Positions 50,905-61,322 of a DNA stretch of 64,000 nt are shown one piece after another. Within the stretch, counting starts at the first letter, position 1, and every line of letters starts with the position of its first letter. The translations under genes were made by a program, and so were the position numbers. Source of the DNA: an uncultured delta proteobacterium. GTDB taxonomy: Bacteria; Myxococcota_A; Polyangia; Polyangiales; Polyangiaceae. The stretch spans positions 384,001-448,000 of the forward strand of contig CAVOKF010000007.1 in assembly GCA_963696385.1 (NCBI GenBank), in the 5' to 3' direction. The notes beneath the pieces are model-generated. The model saw nothing but the letters and a program-made list of their open reading frames with translations, did not search any database and was not told the origin of the DNA.

Positions 50905-52587
50905 TCACTTGGTGAGAGCCATGATCGCGCCCTCGTTGTTCGTTGCCGCGGGGTTACTGCTCCAATAGATGCGCGTCGCATCGATGGCCATGTATCCCGG
51001 CGCGAGTTGGCCCGCCGCGACCGTCTGCGGTTGCCCGTTGCAACCCCCGACCGCGCACTTCATGATATCGCCACCGGCGGTCGTCCAGTAGGCATTCGTA
51101 CTGTCGACGACGAGACCGAAGGGTGTGTCTTGGCCGGATGCCAGGACCGTGGGGGTATTGGCGCAGCCGCCGACGGCGCACGACAGAACGTTGCCTCCGA
51201 CAAAGTCGGTCCAGTACACGTTCGCGCCGTCGGTAGCGACCGTATAGGCCGTCGCGCCAGCGGCGAGAATCGTCGGCGTGTTGCCGCACCCGCCTATCGC
51301 GCACTTGACGATGCCCGCCGCGTCCGCCCAATAGAGGTTGAAAGAGTCGACGGCGAGAGCGCCAATATTTCCGAGTTGGTTGCGTCCCGACGCAACGATG
51401 GTTGGAACGGCGCCGCAGCCCGAAACGGGGCACAGCATGACGGAGTTGCTGCCGGAGTCCGTCCAATAGACGTTCGCCGAGTCGATGGCGAGGGCGAACG
51501 GGTCGTTCGCTTGGAGCGTCAGAACGCTCGGCCCCTGTGCGCAACCCGTCGTCGCGCAGCTCATGACCGAGCCAGGATCGCCGTAGTTAAGCCAATATAC
51601 GCTGCCGTTCTCAGCGGCGATGGATTGGGGAAAGGCGGGGGTCAGGTAGACAAGCTCCGTTGGCTGCTGGTTACAGCCGTCGAGTGCACACTTCATGATT
51701 TGTTGCTGGAGCGAATCGGAGAAGTAGACATTGGTCGAATCGACCGCGATGCCCTGGGGAGCGAGCGCCGGCGCCATGACGACCGGCTGACATTGGCCGC
51801 TTGCACACGTGCCTCCAAAGCAGTCATGCCCGCAGCTGCCGCAATTGATGGCATCCGTTGAGAGATCGGTGCATGAGCCGTTGCAGGCCGAGGCGTCGTT
51901 CTGGGCGCAGGAGGGCGCCTCGTTGGCCACGTCGGTCTGCCCTGCGTCGTTGACCGCGCCATCTGCGATGGTGGCATCCGAAAGAGCGTCGGCCTGGCCT
52001 TCGCCGCTGATCGCAGCATCTGTCTCCTGCACGGCGGAGCTCGACTCGCCGTCGTCACTGCTTTCTCCATCATCGCCCGTCATGGCCGCCATCGTGGGCG
52101 GCGCCGCTATGGCATCGCAAGTCGTGGCGCCGCTGCAGGTAGCGGCAGCCACGGGAACTTGCGGACAACTTGCCGAGTCATGGCAGACCACAGACGCATC
52201 CGAAGCCTGCGCCTCAACGGCTTGCTCCCCGTCCCCGCGGGCCGCGGAAACCGAATTCGCATCATCCTCGCCGTCTGCCCGAGCGCAGAGGGCGCCGTCG
52301 CAAGGGACCGCCGCGGTCGCAGCGCTCGAGCCGGCTCCCTCCGAGTCGTCGTGGATGCCGTACAGGGCATCGCACGACAGAGCCAGGAGTGCAAATACGG
52401 CCGCCGACTCGGCCACGACTGCAGCCTTCAACGGCGCCCAGAGTACCATCCTCTCCCATGCTCCCTTCCGCTGCGACATCCCAGCAACCCTCGTGCCATC
52501 CCCGGCCACGTGGTGAACAGCGTTCTCTCGAACTCGTTTATCCGCAGACCGCCGATCCCACTCTCGACAGACGCAGGCCTCAATCAT
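50905..52587 (-). CDS. Lipoprotein with Cys motif (NCGSCGHDC) and C-terminal beta-propeller
   Basis: Repeated IAVDSTNVYF/W...IMKCA.GGC blades; lipobox LALSC; the true start is probably downstream (52479 or later). Confidence 0.8.
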   Translation of the reverse strand: MIEACVCREWDRRSADKRVRENAVHHVAGDGTRVAGMSQRKGAWERMVLWAPLKAAVVAESAAVFALLALSCDALYGIHDDSEGAGSSAATAAVPCDGALCARADGEDDANSVSAARGDGEQAVEAQASDASVVCHDSASCPQVPVAAATCSGATTCDAIAAPPTMAAMTGDDGESSDDGESSSAVQETDAAISGEGQADALSDATIADGAVNDAGQTDVANEAPSCAQNDASACNGSCTDLSTDAINCGSCGHDCFGGTCASGQCQPVVMAPALAPQGIAVDSTNVYFSDSLQQQIMKCALDGCNQQPTELVYLTPAFPQSIAAENGSVYWLNYGDPGSVMSCATTGCAQGPSVLTLQANDPFALAIDSANVYWTDSGSNSVMLCPVSGCGAVPTIVASGRNQLGNIGALAVDSFNLYWADAAGIVKCAIGGCGNTPTILAAGATAYTVATDGANVYWTDFVGGNVLSCAVGGCANTPTVLASGQDTPFGLVVDSTNAYWTTAGGDIMKCAVGGCNGQPQTVAAGQLAPGYMAIDATRIYWSSNPAATNNEGAIMALTK

Positions 52588-53970
52588 CTACATATGGTCG
52601 TACGGATCGGGTGCTACGACCGTCGGCGGCCGAGCGGCGTGTGCGGGTGGAAGCCCAACCGACGGACGTGCGGCAACGGGATCCTTTCCCGACGAAGGCG
52701 GAGGTCTCCCGATGATAGACGAGACGGGGGCCGCAGACGTTTCCGCCGTCACGGCTTCGGGGACCCGGACCTCTACGGCTTCCGGTGGAGGGGGCGAGGC
52801 CACCACCCGAGTCGCCGTCGCACCGTCGGCAGGGCCGACCCTCGGCGACCCTTGCTCGAGGGAGCTCGCGAGCGTGAGATGCCCCCCCCTCGCTCGACCG
52901 ATGGCCGCTGCAAGCGAGAGGGCAGCGACCGCCGCCCCGGTGGCCAGAACCAGGACCCGTCGCGGCCACCGACCCCGGGGAGGGTGCGCCGTGGCTTGTA
53001 CCGTCATCGATGAATCCGAGTGAAGGTCGCCCGGCGGATCGCTCGACCGCGGCGCTCCGGCAAGTGCACGCGCTGTGAGCCGCCGACGCCACGACAATGG
53101 CTCGAAGGCAAACGCGGCGAGCGCTTGGCCCAACTCGCGCGCCGAGGCGAATCGATTCTCGGGCAGACGATCGATTGCCTTCAAGATAATGGCCTCGAAT
53201 TCGGCAGGCAGTTCCGAACGCAACCGGGTCGGCGGCACGGCTTCCCCCGCCAACGCGGCATGCATTCGATCGTACGTGCTCGCTCCACAAAAGGGCAAAG
53301 CGCCCGTGGCGCACTCGTATAAAATGACCCCCAACGCATAAATGTCGCTGCGTGCGTCGACATTTTTGGAGTCCCGCACCTGCTCCGGAGCCATATAACT
53401 CGTCGTGCCGAGAGATGCATTCGAATCCGTCAAGTCCGAGACGGGTTCGTCCACAATTTTCGAAATGCCGAAATCGAGAACTCGGGCATCGAGACCGCCC
53501 AGATGGTCGTACCCAATCCGAATATTGCTCGGCTTCAAGTCCCTGTGAACGACGCCCGCATCATGAGCCGCCGCGATTCCCGCCACCACCCCCAACATGC
53601 ACTCGACGATGTCGGCCACCGGCATCAAAGAACGCTGGCGTAAGTAGGTCTTGAGATCGTCACCACTCACTCGATCCATAACCAAGTACGGCACGCCTTC
53701 GTGCTCGCCGATATCCAGCACCTTGACGACATTGGGGTGGTCCACGCGCGCCGCCGCTTGCCCCTCTCGCCGGAAGCGCTCAACCGCAATGCTGTCGACG
53801 ACGAGATGCGCGTGCAGTACTTTGATGGCGACGATACGCCCGAGCGCGGCATGACGGCATTCGTAAACGCAGCTCGTCGCTCCGCGCCCAAGGAGTCGTA
53901 TGACTTGGTAACTGCCGATGGTGCCACTGATCGCGAATACGATACGACCGCCGCTCTCCATGTTGTTCAT
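52588..53970 (-). CDS. Hanks-type Ser/Thr protein kinase with TM segment
   Basis: LGRGATSCVY, VAIKVL, HRDLKPSN, DFGISK, YMAPEQ, DIYALG; start uncertain. Confidence 0.95.
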   Translation of the reverse strand: MNNMESGGRIVFAISGTIGSYQVIRLLGRGATSCVYECRHAALGRIVAIKVLHAHLVVDSIAVERFRREGQAAARVDHPNVVKVLDIGEHEGVPYLVMDRVSGDDLKTYLRQRSLMPVADIVECMLGVVAGIAAAHDAGVVHRDLKPSNIRIGYDHLGGLDARVLDFGISKIVDEPVSDLTDSNASLGTTSYMAPEQVRDSKNVDARSDIYALGVILYECATGALPFCGASTYDRMHAALAGEAVPPTRLRSELPAEFEAIILKAIDRLPENRFASARELGQALAAFAFEPLSWRRRLTARALAGAPRSSDPPGDLHSDSSMTVQATAHPPRGRWPRRVLVLATGAAVAALSLAAAIGRARGGHLTLASSLEQGSPRVGPADGATATRVVASPPPPEAVEVRVPEAVTAETSAAPVSSIIGRPPPSSGKDPVAARPSVGLPPAHAARPPTVVAPDPYDHM

Positions 53971-53980
53971 CCGCGGACGC

Positions 53981-55399
53981 ATGGTAGCATCCCGGCGCGT
54001 GTCTGGAGCGGAGGACGAAGGCTGCGAAGAGACGCTGACGGATACCAGCGAGAAGCGGGCCGGACCGTTGCCCGAGGTCATGGCGGACCACGTGTTCGTC
54101 GTGCTCGAAGGTTCGCGGCCGACCGCGGGATCCTCGCGTCATTCGCTCTCGAACGTAGACGATATCGTCATTGGGCGGAGTCCGACGAGAAACTCCGTTC
54201 GTGCATCGAATGGATCGCGGTGCTGGACGCTTGCCGTCGGGATCCCCGACGCCCGCATTTCCGGGCGGCACGCGCGCATCCAGCGCGTCCGTGAGGAGAG
54301 GTTCATCGAAGATCTGGGCTCCCGCAACGGCACCTGGGTGAACGGAAGGCGGATCGTGAGCCGAGAGTCGCTGTCGGACGGCGACGTCATCCAGGTCGGA
54401 CAAGCGCTGCTGAGATATCGCGCGGCGCTTGCGGTTCCAGTCGGAACGGTCCCGGACCTGGATTCCGCTAGGGATGGCACGTCGATCCCCCTCGGTACCA
54501 TGATCCCGTCATTCGCCGATCGCATTGCGATGTTGGCACGGGTCTCGCGTTCGCTGAGCCCGATTCTCCTTTTAGGCGAGTCCGGAACCGGCAAGGAGGT
54601 CGCGGCGCGTGGAATTCACCGGATATCGGAGCGAAAAGGACCGTTTCAGGCCATCAATTGTGGCGCCCTTCCGGCCACCCTCATCGAGGCTCAACTCTTC
54701 GGCCACGTTCGCGGCGCATTCTCCGGTGCTGTCACCGACGCGCCGGGGCTCCTGCGAAGCGCGGAGGGCGGAACTCTCCTACTCGACGAGATCGGCGATC
54801 TCCCGGGGCCCTGCCAAGCGGCACTCCTGCGCGTCCTGCAGGAGCGCGAGGTCGTGCCTGTCGGTGGGGTGCGGCCGATCAAGTTGGACCTGCGTGTCGT
54901 GGCGGCAACCCATCGCCCGCTCGCGGCACTCGTCGCGCGCGGGGATTTTCGAAACGATCTCTTTGCGCGCATCGCGGGCTTCACGTTCGCGCTGCCCGCT
55001 CTGCGCGACCGTAAAGAAGACATCGGGTTGATGGTCGAGGGGTTCGCGCGTGACCGGCCGTTGCGACTGAGTGCAGAGGCTGCGCGGGCGCTTTTCGAGC
55101 ACGACTGGCCTCTCAATGTGCGTGAGCTTCATCAGGTGCTGGATGTCGCGACAACGCTGGCCCGTGGCGACCCTATCCGCGTGGACCACCTCCATGCGAC
55201 GATTTCGGCGCCGGCCTTTCGGGCGGCGTCTGCGAATGGCGCGTCGGACGCAAGCGACAGCGTCCGGATACGCCTGGTCGCAGCGCTAGCGCGCCACAGC
55301 GGAAACGTCAGCGCGGCGGCGCGTGATCTTGGCAAAGCACGCATGCAAGTGCAGAGGTGGATCAAGCGATTCGGGATTGATGCGCGACAGTACCGCTGA
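53981..55399 (+). CDS. FHA-domain sigma54-dependent activator
   Basis: IGRS...ISGRHA...DLGSRNGTWVNG (FHA); GESGTGKE, GAFSGA, LLDEIGD, WPLNVREL; Fis-type HTH; start uncertain. Confidence 0.93.
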   Translation: MVASRRVSGAEDEGCEETLTDTSEKRAGPLPEVMADHVFVVLEGSRPTAGSSRHSLSNVDDIVIGRSPTRNSVRASNGSRCWTLAVGIPDARISGRHARIQRVREERFIEDLGSRNGTWVNGRRIVSRESLSDGDVIQVGQALLRYRAALAVPVGTVPDLDSARDGTSIPLGTMIPSFADRIAMLARVSRSLSPILLLGESGTGKEVAARGIHRISERKGPFQAINCGALPATLIEAQLFGHVRGAFSGAVTDAPGLLRSAEGGTLLLDEIGDLPGPCQAALLRVLQEREVVPVGGVRPIKLDLRVVAATHRPLAALVARGDFRNDLFARIAGFTFALPALRDRKEDIGLMVEGFARDRPLRLSAEAARALFEHDWPLNVRELHQVLDVATTLARGDPIRVDHLHATISAPAFRAASANGASDASDSVRIRLVAALARHSGNVSAAARDLGKARMQVQRWIKRFGIDARQYR

Positions 55400-55456
55400 G
55401 CCCGAGCGCGCGCCAGGCGTGGCGGCCGCGTGGCTCGGGCTCTCGTGGGCGCACCC

Positions 55457-56566
55457 TCAAAAGGACGATCCCAGAAACACGTGGCGTCCATCCGTGCCCA
55501 ACGTCGGCCATGGCTTGGTCCCGGACAGCCATAGAACTCCGCCTCCAGCGACCATGGCCATCCCGATGGCGAATGCGACCGATGCGCCATCGCCGAGAGC
55601 GACGGCACGTTCGGAACTTTCTGCTCGTGGCCCCCCGCTCAGCCCTTGCGCCTGCGCGAACCGGGCCTCCGCCGCAAAAAGGAGCACGGCCGAAGTGACT
55701 ATGGAGGCCGCCCCCGCGGAGCCCATGACGACGGCCGCGGTCCTGCGGGAATCCAGGCCCCTGCGCCTAACCCCCGAAGCGGGCTGAACGGAAGGAGCCC
55801 GTTCGTCGGGGAGCTCTTGGCTGGGTGCGAGGGTGGCGACGCCGGAGTCCGCCGCGTGCGGTTCGGGCAGGCAGCCGTCGCGAGTCTCGGGCACCGCAAT
55901 CGTCACCGTTTCCCCGAGGGGCGCGATCACCAAGGAGACGGACCAGAGACGACGGCTGGAGCGCTCGGCTTCCACTCGATACGGGCCGGGGTCCACGGGT
56001 ACGGCAACTTCCCATCTCTCCGACGGAACGATTTTGCCATTGAGTGTGATCCTAAGGTCTGCGGTCGGCTTCGAAACGTGGATGGCCAATCGCGACAGCT
56101 TGGGTTCGAGCGCCATGCGACGCCGTTGAGCCTCCGCCTGGTCCTCGTCACGACCCGCGACCGCGGCTGTGGCGGCAGCTCTTGCGAAGGCGGCGTAAGC
56201 GCTTGCCGTGCGGCCCGATTTTTCATAGCAGTCGCCGAGATTGAGCAGCACACCCGACCCCGCGTAGATCGCACTGGCAGCTTGCAGCTTTCCGCAAGCG
56301 ATCGCGTATTGACCCGCCTTCAAGAGCCGCCGCGCCTCGTCGAAGAGAACGCGTGCGGTCGTCACGTCGCCGCCCTCCGCTGAGCAAGGGGTGGTTCGAA
56401 ACGATGCCCCGGTCACGAGAAGGCACCCGAGCGCGGCCGTCCACGGCCGAACCCATCGATGGCCGCCTCGATCAGCCCCTCGCCATCGTGGCCGGCGGCG
56501 CACGCCGCATTGCGCCGCTGCCGATCGGTTGAATGCGTTGCCGCTCGATAGGGCCGCTCGTGACAT
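55457..56566 (-). CDS. TPR + PEGA-like domain protein
   Basis: ARVLFDEAR...LLNLGDCYEKSGRTASAY; VPVDPGPYRVEA; C-terminal hydrophobic segments. Confidence 0.8.
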   Translation of the reverse strand: MSRAALSSGNAFNRSAAAQCGVRRRPRWRGADRGGHRWVRPWTAALGCLLVTGASFRTTPCSAEGGDVTTARVLFDEARRLLKAGQYAIACGKLQAASAIYAGSGVLLNLGDCYEKSGRTASAYAAFARAAATAAVAGRDEDQAEAQRRRMALEPKLSRLAIHVSKPTADLRITLNGKIVPSERWEVAVPVDPGPYRVEAERSSRRLWSVSLVIAPLGETVTIAVPETRDGCLPEPHAADSGVATLAPSQELPDERAPSVQPASGVRRRGLDSRRTAAVVMGSAGAASIVTSAVLLFAAEARFAQAQGLSGGPRAESSERAVALGDGASVAFAIGMAMVAGGGVLWLSGTKPWPTLGTDGRHVFLGSSF

Positions 56567-56845
56567 TCTTTCCCCGCTTCAATTCCCAAACGCTCGGTTG
56601 GAGCCTGTTCCTCGCACTGTAGATCGTCTCGTGTCGGTCGTGACGGCCCATGCTCGCAAATGCCGGCCCGCACGCCGATAGGCGAGCCGTTCGCAGGCTT
56701 GCGAGCCCCGAGAAGGCAACCCCCGCAACATCAACCGCCGTCGGGCCGCGTCAAGTCGCGGCGAGCGACCCTCGTGGGCACTCGCTCCCACGACGCGCGT
56801 CTTGACAAACGACCGCGCGGAACATTCGGGCCAGGCGGTGCAACT

Positions 56846-56881
56846 GGCAAAGCAACGTGTAACGCAACGTGCAACGCGGTC
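56846..56881 (+). promoter_or_regulatory. 3x12-bp tandem repeat, putative bEBP enhancer
   Basis: ggcaaagcaacg tgtaacgcaacg tgcaacgcggtc. Confidence 0.7.
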
Positions 56882-56939
56882 GAGGCGCCGCTGATCGCAC
56901 GCGCACGCCCAACGCCGCAATTCCGAGGCGTTCCATCCC

Positions 56940-56955
56940 TGGCACGCGACGTGCT
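56940..56955 (+). promoter_or_regulatory. sigma54 promoter TGGCACGCGACGTGCT
   Basis: TGGCAC start, GG-N10-GC. Confidence 0.8.
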
Positions 56956-57075
56956 CCCTATCGACGTCGCGCTGCTCAGGATGCTTCACCTGCTTCTGGT
57001 TTTCCGAGCGGGCTCTGCGCCTGATCGCAGTCCACACAGGTGTTCTGCACCTTTACAAACCGAGGAAATGTCTCC

Positions 57076-57978
57076 ATGAACTACGTTCGTCATGCCATGA
57101 TCGCCGGCGCCTTCTGCGCCGGCCTTTTTGCCACGGAGTCTTCTGCGTCGGCCTCCATCCCCATAGGCGCATGGACCGCCATTAGTGCGCCCGACGGCAA
57201 TACGCCCAAACTGGTTGCCGCGACCCCGGTGCCCGGCGTGTTGATTTCTTCAGCCAGCGGCATCTGGTCGTATGACGGTGACAGTTGGACAAAACTCTCA
57301 ACTTACAGCGGAGCCAAATCGCTGGTCAGCAACGCGGATGGGGTCCCTTATATTCTTGATTCAAATGGGCATCCGTTGGTATGGAATGGTACTTCAAACG
57401 TGACCGGCCTCCCCTACGGGTTCAACTGGGCTGTGCCGAATGCAAACAATAACCCGGGAAGTGGGGGGTCGGCCGTTTGCCCGAGCCCCACGGAGCTGGC
57501 CCTGGGTTCGGGCGGCGCGATTTGGGTCATCGGTTGCTTGTCGTCCGACGGGCCGCTCATATACGGCAACACGATCAATAGCAATTATAACTGGGGAACA
57601 TCTTATAAAGTCAATACAAAAAACGTCCTTCAGTCGATTGGGGGGAACACCCTGTACAGCGAGCCATGGACTGTGGATTCTGAGGGCCTCACGTATCTCG
57701 GAGCGCAGGCGTACGGGCAAGAGTGGCACACTCCCTATATTCAGTATACGACGCCGGGTGCTCAAGTGATCGGTCAATGGGGAAACCAGCCTTTCGCCAT
57801 CGCAATTCCGTTGGGCGGCTTGAACGGCAACGGCGATTACCCTGTTGCGTACTATACCGACGGTGCTTGGGGCTGGCCCTATTACTCCGGCGCCGCCCAT
57901 GCTGTCAGCGTAGAGAGCTACACGAGTGCTGCTCTCTACACCTACTCCAACGACATCGCGGTTATCACGTTCGACTGA
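57076..57978 (+). CDS. Secreted tectonin/lectin-like beta-propeller protein, lower GC; distant paralog of 49705
   Basis: Signal peptide ASA-S; shares GGS..C...IWVIGC / IYVVAC and PW[TV]VD motifs with 49705. Confidence 0.7.
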   Translation: MNYVRHAMIAGAFCAGLFATESSASASIPIGAWTAISAPDGNTPKLVAATPVPGVLISSASGIWSYDGDSWTKLSTYSGAKSLVSNADGVPYILDSNGHPLVWNGTSNVTGLPYGFNWAVPNANNNPGSGGSAVCPSPTELALGSGGAIWVIGCLSSDGPLIYGNTINSNYNWGTSYKVNTKNVLQSIGGNTLYSEPWTVDSEGLTYLGAQAYGQEWHTPYIQYTTPGAQVIGQWGNQPFAIAIPLGGLNGNGDYPVAYYTDGAWGWPYYSGAAHAVSVESYTSAALYTYSNDIAVITFD

Positions 57979-58003
57979 GTCCTCGTCGCGGGTCACCCGA
58001 ACG

Positions 58004-58038
58004 CGCGACCCTGGCGACCACGGTCGCCAGGGGTCGCG
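58004..58038. terminator. Strong GC hairpin after the 57076 gene
   Basis: CGCGACC-CTGGCGACC pairs with GGTCGCCAG-g-GGTCGCG; no U-tract. Confidence 0.45.
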
Positions 58039-58527
58039 GCTGCAGCGCGTACTGGAGGGTCTCCTTCATGAATCGATGGGCTCGCTGCACGGGCACCCCG
58101 CGCTTTCTTTCCGGGCGGGCCGCTCGGCCTTTGCCGGGGTTCGCCGCGATTCACCCGATGACCGCGCGGCGGAGAGGGGTTCACGGCGGCGTGATGGGGC
58201 GGTCGCGAACGTCATGAGCGCACGCACAACCTCGATTGGACTCGAGGCGCCCGACCACGGCGGTGCAGGAGAGCGCATCGCCGATGAGCGCCGGAAACCG
58301 AATTCGGTCGATTCGCCGCCGCGCGTTGCGCGCCACCACGGGGCTCGCGTAGAGTGGACTCTCCTGCCTGTAACCGGCCGATTCGCGTCCTCGACCCGGG
58401 CGGATTCGTCGTCTGAAAGCCTGTTCTCGCACCCCTAGCGGTACTGACGATGAGTCGAAGACCGTTCGGCCCTCGCCGAGTCGCGGCGCGTGCCTTTCCC
58501 CTTTTGAGGCGACCGGAGGTGATCTTC

Positions 58528-59772
58528 ATGAAGCGCACTCGCGTCATTTGCCTGCTCGGCGTACTCGCCATGGGCGTCGCCCTCGCCATCGCGTGCGGCG
58601 GCGGAACGAGCTCGACCAGCAACTCGGCCAAGCCCGACGGCGGAAGCACGGCCAACGCCAGCAGCGCTGCCAGCAGCGGCAATGCGAGTAGCGGGAACGC
58701 CAACGGCAGCGTCGGCACCGTCGTTACGGATGCCGGCATGGAGATCGTCACCAACGTCGAGTGCCCGCCGAACTCCAACCCGCCCAGCTTGTGCCCGCTC
58801 GGTCAATCCTGCTGTACGACCACAGCGGCGCCCGAGGCGGGCGGCCCACCGACCGAGTCGTTCGCCTGCGTCGAGACAACGGCTTCTTGCGCGGGGACGG
58901 TGACCTCGTGCACGAGCTCCCTGCAATGCGCGACGGCCCAGGTCTGTTGCAGCGAGCCGATTGGCGATGCGGGCGGGGCGGCTCGGAACCAACTTTGCGA
59001 AAACACGTCGTGCCCCGCAGGGGCCACGCAGCTCTGCACCGAGACCAGCGAGTGCCCCGCCGGGCAGATGTGCATGGGCGGCGGTGGCGCGATGACGTGC
59101 CGCGTACCGCCGTGTACTGGCTCAGCGAGCTGTTCGGCGGGCGACGTTTGTTGCGCGGGTGCAGGCCGCGGTGCCGGCGCGACGTGCGAGGCCGCGTGCG
59201 CGATGGGTGCGGTGCAGCTTTGCAAAGCGAGCGCAGAGTGCCCGGCCGGCGAGATGTGCCTGGCCGGCGCTGGAGCCGGAGGCGTCATGACGTGCGGCGT
59301 GCCCCCCTGCACCGGCGCGGCGAGCTGCGATGCGGGCGAGTTTTGCTGCGAAATGGGGCGGGGCGGCGCCACCTGTCAGGCGACCGCGTGCGGCATGGGC
59401 GCGAATCAGGTCTGCGCGACCACGGCAGAATGCTCAGCGGGGGAGACGTGCCAGGGCGCGGGTGGGGGCGGACCGATGATCTGCGCGGTCCCGCCGTGCA
59501 CGGCGGGGAGTTGCGACGCCGGGATGATCTGCTGCACGAATGGCGGCGGGACCTGTCAGATGGGCCCCATGTGCATGGGCGGCGGCGCCCAGGTGTGCAC
59601 CGTGACCTCCGACTGCCCGGCCGGACTCGTGTGCAGGGCGGCAGGTGGCGGCGCGGCATTGGCGTGCCGCATGCCCTTGCCGGACGCGGGCGAAGCGCCC
59701 AACGACGGTGGAGCGCCCAACGACGGTGGAGCGCCCGAAAAGGATGGGGCGACAGACGCGGGCGGGGACTGA
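58528..59772 (+). CDS. Cys/Gly-rich repeat lipoprotein
   Basis: Lipobox LAIAC; about four repeats of C..AG..CC...GA.QLC....ECPAG..C; 18-bp tandem duplication near the end. Confidence 0.8.
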   Translation: MKRTRVICLLGVLAMGVALAIACGGGTSSTSNSAKPDGGSTANASSAASSGNASSGNANGSVGTVVTDAGMEIVTNVECPPNSNPPSLCPLGQSCCTTTAAPEAGGPPTESFACVETTASCAGTVTSCTSSLQCATAQVCCSEPIGDAGGAARNQLCENTSCPAGATQLCTETSECPAGQMCMGGGGAMTCRVPPCTGSASCSAGDVCCAGAGRGAGATCEAACAMGAVQLCKASAECPAGEMCLAGAGAGGVMTCGVPPCTGAASCDAGEFCCEMGRGGATCQATACGMGANQVCATTAECSAGETCQGAGGGGPMICAVPPCTAGSCDAGMICCTNGGGTCQMGPMCMGGGAQVCTVTSDCPAGLVCRAAGGGAALACRMPLPDAGEAPNDGGAPNDGGAPEKDGATDAGGD

Positions 59773-59802
59773 ACGGAGAGGCCGAAGCGGCGAGCCGCGC
59801 AA

Positions 59803-59870
59803 CCCCGACCCCGACCGCGACCCCGACCGCGACCGCGACCCCGACCCCGACCCGACCGCGACCCCGACCC
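59803..59870 (+). repeat. (GACC[C/G]C)n array, about 11 units
   Basis: Directly visible, between convergent genes. Confidence 0.93.
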
Positions 59871-59895
59871 CTCTCAACACCCGGAGCGGTTGACG

Positions 59896-61017
59896 TCAGC
59901 GCGGGCCCGCGAAGGTCAAGAGACGCGCTCCGCGCGCATCGACCAGATAGATGGTGCCGTTCGCATCCGCAACGGCGTTGCGCGCACCTTCTGCGGTGGC
60001 ACCCAACGCAACGACGGTGGGCGCGCCGCTATCGTTCAAGCGCGCGACCGTCAGCCGTGCCGCCTTGCCCGCCGCGACAACGAGCAGCTTCGCCGCATCC
60101 AGATACTCGATGTTGTCGACGCCCGCCCCCGTGTCAAGGGTGCCAAGCGGCGCCCCGTCGCGGGATCCATCGAAGACTTTGACGCTATCGGTGCACGCCA
60201 CGATGACGAAATCGCGAGTCCCATCGACCGCAACGCCGCGCGGGCCGTCGGGACCGCATCCGGAGGCCCACGTTGCCTTGACAGAATGCGTCTTGATGTC
60301 GACCGCGAGGGTGCGGTTCCTGTCCTCAAGATTCGTGTAGAAGAGCCCGCGGTTGACGTCCACGGCATAGCCCTCCGTGTCGCCGTCGGTCTTGATGACG
60401 AGTTTCGGCTCGAGCGTATCCGGCTTCGAGGCATCGAGCACCGTGAGCGAATGGTCTCTCGGCGTCGTCACCCAAACCTCCCTCTCCGACGCGACATAGG
60501 CGACGCCGTCCGTGGGAGTCGAAAGCTTCAAGCAAGAGCCGAGCTTGAGCGTTTCCTCCTCGACGGCGCACACCTCGCTCGTCGCGCGGTCGCCGACGTA
60601 AAGGAATCCGTTGCCAACCGTCGCGGCGCTCGGTCCCATCATGCGCCTCTTGCCGCGGGCTTCTCGCTCGGCAGTTTTGAAGCCGTCGACGCGGCTGAAG
60701 GTGCTCGTCGCGACGTCGAAGACGTCCACGCTACCGGTGTCGCCGACCGGCACATAGACACGCGCGTGCAGGCCGCAAGACGCCAGGTAGTCGACCGTCA
60801 CGGGTCCGATCGCTCCGGGGAGAGGAATGATCCGCGCGGTGAGCTGCGCCGGACCCGCCCCCGAAGACGGGCCCCCCTGCACGGTCGCCGGAGTCCCGGT
60901 CACCACCGGCGTCGGTGCGACAACGGTGCCCGGCGGCGCCGCTCCCGGCACGGCCGTCGGCGCTTTGGTACACGCGCACAGAGCGGCAAGAACGACACCG
61001 CCCCGCCGCAGCCACAT
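59896..61017 (-). CDS. YVTN/YncE-like beta-propeller lipoprotein
   Basis: Lipobox LCAC; blades DGVAYV, EGYAVD, RGVAVD, GAGVDNI, GARNAV. Confidence 0.8.
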   Translation of the reverse strand: MWLRRGGVVLAALCACTKAPTAVPGAAPPGTVVAPTPVVTGTPATVQGGPSSGAGPAQLTARIIPLPGAIGPVTVDYLASCGLHARVYVPVGDTGSVDVFDVATSTFSRVDGFKTAEREARGKRRMMGPSAATVGNGFLYVGDRATSEVCAVEEETLKLGSCLKLSTPTDGVAYVASEREVWVTTPRDHSLTVLDASKPDTLEPKLVIKTDGDTEGYAVDVNRGLFYTNLEDRNRTLAVDIKTHSVKATWASGCGPDGPRGVAVDGTRDFVIVACTDSVKVFDGSRDGAPLGTLDTGAGVDNIEYLDAAKLLVVAAGKAARLTVARLNDSGAPTVVALGATAEGARNAVADANGTIYLVDARGARLLTFAGPR

Positions 61018-61103
61018 GCCCGGACGGTCGCACACCCAACGCCGTGTTTCGGGCCGTAGGCACTCCTTGAACACGCCCTTCGGCGGACGTGATCCTTGTG
61101 CCA

Positions 61104-61322
61104 TCAGCTCATCCCGCAGGCACCTGGCCCGCGAGGATCACCGCAGCGACCGCACGCGGAAGGGGCGGCTTCGGCTGCCTTGCTGCTGGCCACGGCGACT
61201 CGGGAGAAGAGGACGCGCTCCGTGTCGGTCCCGCACTTCGGGCACGGTGCGGTGGTCGGCCGTGATGACAGATCCTCGAAGGAGGCGGAACACTTCTGGC
61301 AGACGTACTCGTAGAGCGGCAC
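61104..61322 (-). CDS. FmdB-family zinc-ribbon protein
   Basis: (M)PLYEYVCQKC...FEDL...CPKCG. Confidence 0.85.
   Translation of the reverse strand: MPLYEYVCQKCSASFEDLSSRPTTAPCPKCGTDTERVLFSRVAVASSKAAEAAPSACGRCGDPRGPGACGMS

Noticed and set aside
39118..55399. GAFSGA instead of GAFTGA in both activators as a sign of inactivity
   Set aside because: The Thr-to-Ser change is conservative, and both genes have plausible sigma54 promoters nearby.
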